From the NCBI GenBank assembly GCA_025999215.1, contig AP024679.1, positions 229,645 through 293,644 on the forward strand: a stretch of DNA of 64,000 bases, written 5' to 3'. The translations under genes were made by a program, and so were the position numbers. Origin of the DNA: Candidatus Dojkabacteria bacterium. GTDB taxonomy: Bacteria; Patescibacteriota; Dojkabacteria; J137. Below are positions 41,391 to 50,968 of the stretch, in pieces; within the stretch, counting starts at the first letter, position 1, and every line of letters starts with the position of its first letter. Under the pieces are notes generated by a model that had not been told where the DNA came from, made no database searches, and worked only from the letters and a program-made list of their open reading frames with translations.

Positions 41391-41658
41391 GCAAAATGTA
41401 CATTTTTTCGTATTGTCTTTCGGTGATGATGAGCGCTCGGATTGCGCCTTTTTGAGGTACATTTTTTTGCAGTCTGTCTATGTGTTTTTTTGTGCCGTCC
41501 AATCCTTTACATATGCGTGAATATACAGAATACTGAAGCATAAAGTAACCGTCATTCAGTAAAAACTTTCGAAATTTTGTATATTTTTTCCGCAATCCCG
41601 GATTATTTACCGGTAAATCAAAAAATACAAGTATGCGCATATATTTTTGATTATTCAT
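41332..41658 (-). CDS. cas2: CRISPR-associated endoribonuclease Cas2
   Basis: MRILVFFDLP...LQYSVYSR matches the Cas2 signature. Confidence 0.85.
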   Translation of the reverse strand: MNNQKYMRILVFFDLPVNNPGLRKKYTKFRKFLLNDGYFMLQYSVYSRICKGLDGTKKHIDRLQKNVPQKGAIRALIITERQYEKMYILLGKPAQKETKNSADQLTLF

Positions 41659-42562
41659 AACAAATACGCTTTATCCTATTAAAACTTGGTAGTTCCAACA
41701 TTTTGGAATTTTTATTTTGAATACACGAAACTAGGCTTTTGACTACATGCTCGGTGGCAGTCATCAATTGCGTTTTTTGATTTTTAATAATTACTTCAAT
41801 TTCAAAAATTTGCATTAAATGAGCTTTAGTTTGTGGCGTTAGATTAGAATCTTCTTGTTTGAGGTTGAGAGTGCGTATCAAAAAATAATCGGCAATTGGT
41901 CTAAAAGGTTCAATTAAGTCATCAGCCAAATTAAAGTTGTTGTATTCGTTGCAGTGTTTGATGCCTATACTAGGAATAAAACCATAAGCGCTACAATGCC
42001 TTGCTAGATTGGATCTGATTAGGGCGTAGGTAAAATTAAGGGCAGAATTTATAAAAATATCTTTATCTCGTGTAAAATTTTTCCCAAAAATAGTAGTGAA
42101 ATATATGCCAGATGCTCTTCCTTCTATGTTTGATTTGTCTGATGATTTTACTTGTTTGCTTAGGGTCAATAGAGTGTTACTCTCTAGAGTAAAATTAAGC
42201 AATTTGAGCACTTTGGCTTGATTGCGAATTTTTTGAGAGACTATCTGTTGCCACAATTGATTTTTGAATGGTTGAGTTAGAGAAACTTGCTCCATTATTC
42301 TTTTGCTTTGTCGTGTATGGTTTTGATAAGGTAAAATTATAGCTTCGGGTAAGTGTTTGCCATTGCATACAATTGCGCATACTTTGTTTTGAGTAAGTGA
42401 AACTATCAGGTTAGAGGTTAGAAGTGATTGGCTATCTATCACTAAAGTGTCTATATCTTCTATTGGAATTTCAAATTTTTCTCCATCTTTTTCAATCACT
42501 ATTTGAGAATTTTTTTGGCTTAGTTTGGTGTTGCTTGAGATTAGAATATTTCTAAATCCCAT
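41651..42562 (-). CDS. cas1: CRISPR-associated Cas1 (type II)
   Basis: 303 aa with Cas1 motifs including YGFIPS...DLIEPFRP; it overlaps cas2. Confidence 0.85.
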   Translation of the reverse strand: MGFRNILISSNTKLSQKNSQIVIEKDGEKFEIPIEDIDTLVIDSQSLLTSNLIVSLTQNKVCAIVCNGKHLPEAIILPYQNHTRQSKRIMEQVSLTQPFKNQLWQQIVSQKIRNQAKVLKLLNFTLESNTLLTLSKQVKSSDKSNIEGRASGIYFTTIFGKNFTRDKDIFINSALNFTYALIRSNLARHCSAYGFIPSIGIKHCNEYNNFNLADDLIEPFRPIADYFLIRTLNLKQEDSNLTPQTKAHLMQIFEIEVIIKNQKTQLMTATEHVVKSLVSCIQNKNSKMLELPSFNRIKRICYE

Positions 42563-42567
42563 TGATT

Positions 42568-45500
42568 TTACTTTAATATAATTGGTTGCCTTGTTTCTTT
42601 ATGTACTTTGTATAGCCTTCCTAGTACATCTACTTGATATTTTTCAATCAAATATAAATTTTTGGATCCTTTCCTAATGTATCCTTTGGAGCCCACATTG
42701 TCGTGCTTTACAAAACTTATTCTTGCATTTGAGGAGTCTACACCAATGAAATATCCACTCAGGTAATAATCATCATCTTTCTTAACTTTTATTTTGATAA
42801 AATCATTTTTGTAAAGGCTAAATTGAAACTCATATGTATCATCAAGTTCTTGCCAGTCGCTCTTTGGAGTATTGATAGTAATGACCTTATTTGGGAGTTC
42901 TCCTGACATAATTTCTGGAAGATAAATTGGCACAAGATAGTATTTTCCATCTTTTTTGAAAACATCCGTTCTCACAATGCGAGAGTTAAGTACATATCCA
43001 TATCCATTTCCTCTTTTTAATTTAACGGTATTGTTTTCAACAGTTTCGCTAATGTACGAAAAAATAGGGCTTTTTTTGTTGGGATCTTTCCAGGTTAATG
43101 GTTCATCTGGTTCTAATTTTCGTTTTTCATTTATAGCTTTGTTTACTGCTTTGTAATATGCTGGATCAGTGTTTTTATAAATTTTTTCAAGAGAATTATT
43201 TAAATCTTTAGATTCTTTTGATAGGTCAATTTGCTTTCTAGTACCTAGTATACTTAAACCTTTCTCGGTTACTCCTCTTTGACTATAAACTGTTTCAAGG
43301 TGCGCTGCGCCTCTAATTTTTCTTTTTGGCTCACGAGATACAATCAAAGGTTTAATTTTGTTTTTAATATCTTTATACAGTTTAAGAAAATCATCAGATT
43401 TTTTATATTTCCAAAACTCTGAGTTTATTTCGCCATTTTGCTCTTTAGAATCCATCTTTTGCGGTTTTTGTGTACCAAAAACTCTTATCAACACATCGTT
43501 TCTAAAGTTAGGCCAAGGATTGGGGAAAGATTTTTTTCGTTTATAAAAATTTTCTTTGTCGTTTTTGTGCCATTCATTCATTTTTTGAATCATCCATGGA
43601 GTGGTAATGCCTACTAGTGTGGCATCAACTGCATGGTGCCTTGCATTTAAATCACGATTTTTTGGTAATCCATACATTTTGAGCAAGTAGTTAGTCATTG
43701 CACCGGTTATCACGTAGACTTTTCGTTTTTTTCCAGGCGTTTCTCTAAATTTTAAATTGTTTTCTACGTAATTTTTGATAGTTCTTGCCGCAAATTGAGT
43801 ATCATTTAAATTTCTATTCAAGAACTCTTCCGGAGGAACATCTTTTGGTAGAGTAGTGTTTAATATTTTATTTTTTTTGGATGTATTAATGTTAAGGCTA
43901 TTTACAAAATTTACAAAGTTTTGCCATTGTTCAGAATTTTCATCTCCTCCAAAATATTCAAAAGGGGTACTGTTTCCTTTTTTTCTATTTACACTGGTTA
44001 ATACCAAAATTTTATTGTTTCTTGAATCATCAAATGATCTGCTGTAAGGTAAAGCGTGATCAATTTCAACGTAGTTATCTTCAAAGAGTTTTTCTGCAGG
44101 AATTTCTTTACCAGACAATAAACATTTGCCTAGCTGTTCTTCTCGTAATTCGTATTTAAGTATATCGTGAGGAGTTACTTCTTTAGTTTTGAAATAGTCA
44201 AAGTTTTCTTCTAAAAATTTCTTTATTTTTTCTTTTCCTTTGGTTATTTCTTCTAAATTTTTTGTTATTTTTCTTTTTTCATCTTCACTTTTTGCCAAAT
44301 CTCTAGCAAGCTCAATATTAACAAAACTTGGGCTTCCATATTTATCTACTATGGCGTTAATAACTTTTCTTGTTTGCGATATTACTTTTTTGACTACAGG
44401 ATTGGTAACTGATGAACTCGTAAATGGCGGGAGTTTTGTAAAATTTCTTTTAAGTTTTAAGGTTTCATTAGGATACTTACTGCGCAAAATTTCTTCTGCA
44501 TGGGTGTAGTTTTCTCCTTCTTTTCGAATTATTTGAGCTAATTCTTTGTAAGCTTTGACTGAAAGATTTGCAAAGCCTGATAAGTTCGGTCCGTAATTTA
44601 CCAAAGTTTCAACTTCTTGAGGACTTAGTTGTGAAATTCCCTCAAAATAATCTTTCAAATCTTCATCAGTTTTTCTAACGGTTAAGCCATACACAATTTG
44701 TTCATAAAGATTAAAATCATTTGTGATTTTTTCCCAAAGATCACCATTTCTGTCTTTAATAGCTTTTCGAAGTTTGTGATATCCACTTAAAGGTTTTAAA
44801 CCTTTGATCTTTTCTTTTTCTTTGCTTGCATCAACATCTCTAAAAGAGTACTCTTCGGGAATTTCTGCCCACTTTCTAATGTGATAATAACTTATGTTTG
44901 AAGAGTGGGAAAATATATGATCATAAATCTTATCAAGTTCGCTTTGATTCAAAGGTCTTAACTCTCCTGTTTTTGTGTTAAAAACTTTAATGTTATTTTG
45001 CAGAAAGTTAAAAAATCTAAATATTTCAAAATTTATTGAGTGTACAGGTGCTCTGCTTTCATTTGGGAAAATACCACACTTTCCAACCATTTTTTCAATG
45101 TCATCTGTTTGTGCAAAAGGCCTTTGATAATTAAAAATCTCCAAAATTTTATTTTCAAAATCTTCAGTGATCTTTTTGTTTCCAAACTTTTTTTGTTTTT
45201 TTTAAATTTCTTTGAGTTCATCTTCAAGCATTTTTCGAGTTACCAGTCTTTTGTAGTTTCCTCTTCTATTTCTCTTTTGAAACTTAAACTCTTCATCTTT
45301 ATAAAACATTTCTCCAACTGTTCTGTAATTTTTTAAAAGTTCTTGGTTTTTTGATATATTCTCTGCTAGTTTTCCGCCTTCTTCTCCTTCTAATGCAATA
45401 TTTTTACGGTTTGATTTAAACCCTCTCCTTTTGACTATGTGTATCAAAACTCGAGCTAATTCTTCATCAGTTAAGCGCTCATCTAACGCCTTGCAACGAA

Positions 45501-45813
45501 GGAACCATGGATCATGTTTTTTGATATCAAAATTGTCAAATTCCGTGGGGAAACCAAAGCTATCTAGAGCTTTTTTAAGTTTTTTTATTCTGTATTTTCT
45601 TCTTCTTACTACTCGCCTTGATGATCGGGCTTCTCTTCTCACTTGATTTGGGTGTTTATCTCCTGCATTTACTCCAGCTTCAAAAACTCTTACTCCAGTA
45701 TCAATCAACCTCACTGGACGATAATATTCATTTTCTTTCTGTATTTCTATTACAGCCCAACCAATTGTCGCAGACCCTATATCAAGGCCAAGCGTATACT
45801 GTAAATCTTTCAT
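42568..45813 (-). CDS. cas9: Cas9 (type II-C-like, about 1078 aa), reading frame interrupted by one in-frame TAA at 45202-45204
   Basis: N-terminal fragment (45202..45813) has RuvC-I LGLDIGSATIGWAVIE and the Arg-rich bridge helix. C-terminal fragment (42568..45144) has the HNH motif (DHALPYSRSFDDSRNNKILV), RuvC-II (KVYVITGAMTNYL) and RuvC-III (HHAVDATLVG). Both fragments are in the same frame. Confidence 0.85.
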
Positions 45814-45909
45814 TTTTTTTATTTTTTAATTCTCTACAAAAGTAGAGATGAGTTTTCTAAAGGATCTCAAACCTTTCGGCTTATTGCCTTATCTTTATAA
45901 CCTTAATAA

Positions 45910-45930
45910 CTTTATTCCCGATAGTGTATA
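45910..45930 (+). repeat. solitary degenerate type II repeat, missing the internal 11 nt TTCTAATTCCC
   Basis: CTTTATTCCC-GATAGTGTATA equals repeat positions 3-12 joined to 24-34. It lies 97 bp upstream of the cas9 start. Confidence 0.6.
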
Positions 45931-45978
45931 TTCAAGCTATAAAGATTCAGTTTAATTCTACAAAACTTATGAAAATAT

Positions 45979-46075
45979 TTCAAGGAAAATATTTCTAAGA
46001 TCTTCCTAAAATTTCATCCAAGCTGTTGGGATCGGGTTCAGAAAATTTTAAATGCAAAGTATTGTTTACTCTATA
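45979..46075 (+). repeat. direct repeat copy A (duplicate of the 3' end of ORF 47229..48725), downstream of pyrD
   Basis: About 75 nt are near-identical to 47213-47291 (AAATATTTCTAAGATCTTCC[T/C]AAAATTTCATCCAAGCTGTTGGGATC[G/A]GGTTCAGAAAATTT), with weaker similarity for another 20 nt or so. Confidence 0.75.
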
Positions 46076-46086
46076 TTTCCTATATT

Positions 46087-47127
46087 TCAAGAATTAAATT
46101 TTTTTAGCAATAATTTATTTATTTTCTTCACCAAAGCTGGCCCTTCGTAAACAAATCCTGTATAAATTTGTACTAAATCGGCCCCTGCATTTATTTTTTC
46201 TAAAGCATCTTGTGGAGATGTTATACCTCCCACTCCAATTACTGGAAATGCGTTTTTTGATTTTCGCTTCAAGTATTTTATTACTTCTGTTGAGTTTTTA
46301 AATATAGGTTTACCACTCAATCCACCTCCACCAATTTTATTAACGACTTTGTGGTGTGTGATCAATCTATACCGGTTTGTGGTTGTATTGGTGGCAATTA
46401 CACCATCAATTTTTGTTTCTTTGACAATCTCAATAATATCGTCTAACTGTTGATGATTTAAATCTAGTGAAATTTTCAATAATATAGGTTTTCGTTTAGA
46501 TTTTTGGTTGTTTTCTTGTTGTAGCCGATTTAACAGATCTGTGAGAGGTTTTTTATTTTGCAATTTGCGGAGGTTTGGAGTATTGGGTGAACTTACATTT
46601 ACCACAAAGTAATCAACATACATGAAAAGCTCGTTAAAGCATTTCAAATAATCTTCGGCAGCTTTTTCGTTTGGAGTAAATTTATTTTTTCCAATATTTC
46701 CGCCTATTACAATGTCTGTTTTTCTCTTTTTTAAATTCTCCACAACTTTTAATACTCCATCGTTATTGAAACCCATTCGATTAATCAGCGCTTTGTCTTT
46801 TGGTAAAAAGAAAAGTCGTGGCTTAGGATTTCCTGGTTGAGGTTTTGGTGTAACAGTACCGATTTCTATAAAACCGAATCCAAAGTTTGAAAATTCATTG
46901 TAAAAGCAAGCATTTTTATCAAATCCAGCTGCCAAACCTATTGGATTTTTAAAATGTAATCCGAAGAGTTGTCTCTCAAGGGCAGGAGAATTAACTGTAT
47001 AGATTTGTTGTGTTACTTTTTTAAATAATGGGATTTTGAATAAAGTTTTTATTATAACTACAAAAACATAAATTGCCTTTTCAGGTGGTAGTAATGATAA
47101 ACTTAATCTTATGATTATTTTATGCAT
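46087..47127 (-). CDS. pyrD: dihydroorotate dehydrogenase (quinone-type, membrane-anchored)
   Basis: N-terminal hydrophobic anchor, [10 protein letters not shown], and NIGKNKFTP...GGLSG motifs. Confidence 0.85.
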   Translation of the reverse strand: MHKIIIRLSLSLLPPEKAIYVFVVIIKTLFKIPLFKKVTQQIYTVNSPALERQLFGLHFKNPIGLAAGFDKNACFYNEFSNFGFGFIEIGTVTPKPQPGNPKPRLFFLPKDKALINRMGFNNDGVLKVVENLKKRKTDIVIGGNIGKNKFTPNEKAAEDYLKCFNELFMYVDYFVVNVSSPNTPNLRKLQNKKPLTDLLNRLQQENNQKSKRKPILLKISLDLNHQQLDDIIEIVKETKIDGVIATNTTTNRYRLITHHKVVNKIGGGGLSGKPIFKNSTEVIKYLKRKSKNAFPVIGVGGITSPQDALEKINAGADLVQIYTGFVYEGPALVKKINKLLLKKFNS

Positions 47128-47212
47128 TTAGTTTATTCTATCAAAAATCAAAACTTAATATAAAAATATAAATGATAGTTTGATTAATATACTTTTGGTA
47201 AACTTTTGATGT

Positions 47213-47300
47213 TTTTCAAAAAATATTTCTAAGATCTTCCCAAAATTTCATCCAAGCTGTTGGGATCAGGTTCAGAAAATTTAGAGTGTAAATTTGCAAA
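47213..47300 (+). repeat. direct repeat copy B (the coding 3' end of ORF 47229..48725)
   Basis: See copy A. Confidence 0.75.
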
Positions 47301-48898
47301 AAAAGAATTATCTTTTCGTAGCTCTTCAAGCATCAAATAAACCCAATATTTGTAACCAAAATCAGCACCATGCCCCAATCTTAGCGAAGTTAAATAAACC
47401 CATTGTGTTGGTGGAGCGCTCATGTGCATTTTGGCCGAATGCGCAAGAGGTAGAATGTTGTAGATAAATGTTCTATCAGCTTTTGGTTCAAGGAAGGTAT
47501 CAATTTTACTGTAAAATTCCCAGACTTTTTTGTAATAAGTTTCAAAAGTTTCTATCCATTTTGGAACTAAATCAGAAAGCGCGCGAGTTTTGACTAACTG
47601 AAAATTAATATGGAAACCTTCTTTTAAAATGCTTTCAACATCAGAGCTTTCAATCATATGAATTAACCTACCTGTAGCTCTTTGTCTATTCAAATCTCTA
47701 ATGTATGCAACTGAAGTTTTTGATACTAGTATTAGTTGCCCTCTCACATCACCAATTCTTTGCATTAGGTTGTGATGATTGTGATCTTTGAGAATTATTT
47801 CACCTATTTTGCTTTTTGTTTTTTTGTCTAACTTAGATATAAATTTTAAAATTTCATTTTCATTAACACTCGGATACAAAACAGAAATGTAGCTTAGCGC
47901 CAAAGCTTCCCCAGCATCAAAATTACTGATTTTGTAAACTAACGTTTCTGATCCTTGGATTTGATCTTTAGGTTTTAGAATTTTTTTAATATTAGTGTTT
48001 TTTTCAAGAAAATCTTTGAGTTCTTGTAAGTTTTTAGGTACTGTTTTGGTACCTTCCGCATACTTTGTCAAACCTTCAAAGTTTAATTGAATTTTTTCTC
48101 CCTCAGCATATCGTCTAATATTAAGCAATGTTTCAATTTGTGTTGCTAGAGCTTGCATTCGAACATCATTTTGATGATCTCTTAATTGAGCAATATTTGT
48201 AATGTGTTGTCTTACTGTTGTGTTTATAACCATCGCCGTGCGAGCGCCTATAGGAATAAACCCTCTTGATATATCAAGCACTCTCGCGTTTAATGTTGAT
48301 TGAGTAAGTTTTTGAGGATGGTTTTGTTTTTGAATTTCATCGTTTATAAATTTTTTTAATTTATCAGTTAATAGTTTGGTCCAAATTTCATAGTTTTCAG
48401 CCAAGAATTTTTGTAAATCATCCCATTCAGCTTCTAATTCTTCTAACTTTTCAGCATCAAACAACTCAGAGTTTATTAGAGATCTTAACTTAGGAATTTT
48501 AAACTCTCCAATTTTAACGTACCTGGTAGACAATTCTTGTCCGGATTGTCTTGAATCAATGTTAAATATGGTTAGAGCTTCTTCCATGGTAATGCCTTCA
48601 ATCGATAAGAGTAGTGGGGTAGCAAGGTCAGCCACACTTGCATGCCCGTAATTCACAAATACTTTCGCTAATTTTTGAGCAGCAAAGTCAGGATCATTTT
48701 TGGAGTGTTCGTTTATTTCTCGCATGATTTCAAGCAGTCCACCGCCATTTCGAGAATATCTGGCGCCGGCCCATGCGGTGATGTTGTAAAAATCTTTTGT
48801 GTTCGTTTGGTATCGGGAGTCCTAAGTGTAATGTTTGTTTCGGTGTCAGTTAAACTTAAGATGGTAAAATTAAATTTATCTGGATCGCCAATTTCCAA
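47229..48898 (-). CDS. ThyX-like (flavin-dependent thymidylate synthase fold) protein, unusually long and possibly two tandem domains; the N-terminus probably continues in ORF 48713..48898 across a frameshift
   Basis: FNIDSRQSGQELSTRYVKIGEFKIPK parallels the ThyX block [25 protein letters not shown], but the RHR motif is not conserved. Confidence 0.3.
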
Positions 48899-49043
48899 TT
48901 TGTAGTGACTTGGTAAGATTCATTATTGGTAGTTAAATAATTAATCTCTAAGCACTATTGGCTCAAGCAAATTTTACTTCAAATTAAATTTCTTATCAAA
49001 TATTTGATTGTGACAAAATTAGTGTTATAATTAATCCAGCTGT

Positions 49044-49118
49044 TCCGCAGTAGCTCAATGGTAGAGCGTCCGGCTGTTAACCGGTAGGTTGCTGGTTCGA
49101 GTCCAGCCTGCGGAGCCA
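49044..49118 (+). tRNA. tRNA-Asn (anticodon GUU), CCA encoded
   Basis: Acceptor TCCGCAG/CTGCGGA with U1:A72, D-arm GCTC-AATGGTA-GAGC, anticodon loop CTGTTAA, T-arm GCTGG-TTCGAGT-CCAGC, discriminator G, then CCA. Confidence 0.85.
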
Positions 49119-49213
49119 TGTTTTCTTACTCGTAAAGTTTTCTCCTGAATTTTTGAATTTTGCTTGTTATATTTTTGTTTTAAGTATAAAATTTTTAAGT
49201 TAAACTTCTCGTT

Positions 49214-50051
49214 ATGTTTACAAAAGTAGGCGTGATATTAAAACCTTCATCTCCTGAATTAAAAACATTGTATAGTAAAGTAAAAAGTATTTTTAACAGA
49301 GAAGGTTTTGAGGTTGTGTTGGAATCTGCAAGCGCGGATATGATAAGTGAACCAAACGGAATTGATTTTGATGATATGGCCCAATTTGCAGATTTATTAA
49401 TCTCGATAGGTGGTGATGGAACATTAATATCAGTTGCAAGGAAAAGTTTTAAATTCAATAAACCAATTGTTGGCATACATGCGGGTAACCTTGGTTTTTT
49501 GGTTGATTTTTTACCCGAAGATATTTACGACTTAGTTAAAGAATTGAAGGTTGGTAATTACAAAATAGAGGAGAGGATTATGCTTGAGGTTTTCTTAAAC
49601 AGTCAACCGATAAGTCTATTTGCTTTCAATGAGATAGTTTTATCTACGAGACAATATTGCAAAAATGAATTTCGTTAAAACTTTTGTTAATGATAAATTG
49701 TTTAATTCATATTATGCTGATGGTTTAATAGTTTCAACACCTACAGGTTCTACAGCATACAACCTTTCGGCAGGTGGTCCAATTGTTCATCCTTGTTTGG
49801 ATGGTTTTATTTTGACTCCTATTTGCCCCCATTCACTTACCCAGAAACCAATAGTTATTCCAAATAATTTGGATTTGTCGATTACTGTGGATCGTAACTC
49901 TGTTTTGGTGTTAGATGGGCAAGAAAGTTATAATTTTAACCCAGAAGATAAATTAACCATAAAAAAAGCTAAAGAAACTGTAAAACTATTATTTAAAAAA
50001 GATAGGGATTATTTTCAAACCTTGAAAGAAAAATTGAAATGGGGAAATTAG
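49214..50051 (+). CDS. nadK: NAD kinase, split by an apparent frameshift near 49660
   Basis: The GGDGT motif is in ORF 49214..49678. The C-terminal DGLIVSTPTGSTAYNLSAGGPIV is in ORF 49665..50051. Confidence 0.8.
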
Positions 50052-50131
50052 TTTTCTAAAAATTTAATTTGACAAACCTCCTGAAATTTTTTAGTATAAC
50101 TTAGCTAACTTATGTTTTTTATTAAGTACCT

Positions 50132-50942
50132 ATGAAAAAACCTATGCTAGATTCCAATCAAAACTCAGAAAGCGAGTTTGATAGATTAAGAATTTTTAAT
50201 TTTATCATGGGTATTTTTCATTTTGCACAAGGGGTTTTGATGGTTCTGTTGAGCAAGGATTATACTGAGACCTTAACCACATCATTTATAAATATCGTAG
50301 GTACTTCTGAAAATTTTAGGTTTGTTAGCCAGACTCAAGAATTTGTAACTTTTAAATTAGGACCTGCTGTTGCTTTGTTTTTGTTTATTTCTGCTATGGC
50401 GCACTTTTTGTTAACTTTGCCAGGAATTTTTGAATGGTATGTAAAAAATTTAAAAAAGGGAGCGAATTATGCAAGGTGGTATGAATACTCAATTAGCTCA
50501 TCTGTAATGATTGTTATAATTGCAATATTGGTTGGAATGTACGATGCACCTAGCTTATTGCTGCTTGTTTGGTTTAAATGCTTGTATGATTTTCTTTGGC
50601 TTGATGATGGAACTTCACAATCAAACAACTTCTAAGGTTGACTGGACAGCATTTATTTATGGATGTTTTGCTGGAATCATTCCGTGGATAGCTATTGCTT
50701 GGTATTTCTTTGGCGCATTCACAAATGCTAGAGATAATGGTTGGGAAGTACCTGATTTTGTGGTTGGAATCTTGATATCACTATTTATTTTCTTCAATGT
50801 TTTTGCTGTAAACATGTACTTGCAGTACAAAAAGATTGGACCATGGAAAAACTACTTATTCGGCGAGAAGATGTATATTGTTTTGAGTTTGCTAGCAAAA
50901 TCGGCTTTGGCATGGCAAGTATTTAGTGGAACGTTGAGGTAG
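50132..50942 (+). CDS. heliorhodopsin, split by a one-base homopolymer indel near 50553
   Basis: FNFIMGIFHFAQ, RWYEYSISSSVMIVIIAIL, GCFAGIIPWIAIAWYF and YIVLSLLAKSALAWQVFSGTL closely parallel heliorhodopsin 48C12 as I recall it, including the Schiff-base lysine in AKSALAW. A putative promoter, TTGACA at 50069-50074 with TAGTAT 17 nt downstream, lies upstream. Confidence 0.75.
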
Positions 50943-50968
50943 TGATTAGAACTTTTATCGTGTAAGTA

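Noticed and set aside
42195-44509. Short ORFs inside or antisense to cas1 and cas9 (42195..42380, 42956..43156, 43358..43546, 43856..44047, 44240..44509)
   Set aside because: They overlap reading frames whose Cas1 and Cas9 motifs are unambiguous.
45181-45210. In-frame TAA in cas9 as evidence of stop-codon reassignment (an alternative genetic code)
   Set aside because: TAA clearly terminates well-conserved genes here, for example ftsZ. The stop lies in a homopolymer context, and the window is full of homopolymer indels, so a pseudogene or an error is far more likely.
45835-45850. Perfect 6-bp hairpin CTCTAC-AAAA-GTAGAG between cas9 and the degenerate repeat, as a terminator
   Set aside because: The T-run precedes the hairpin on the + strand, and an A-run follows it on the minus strand. 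It is therefore not a canonical intrinsic terminator in either direction and is more likely a cas9 5'-UTR structure.
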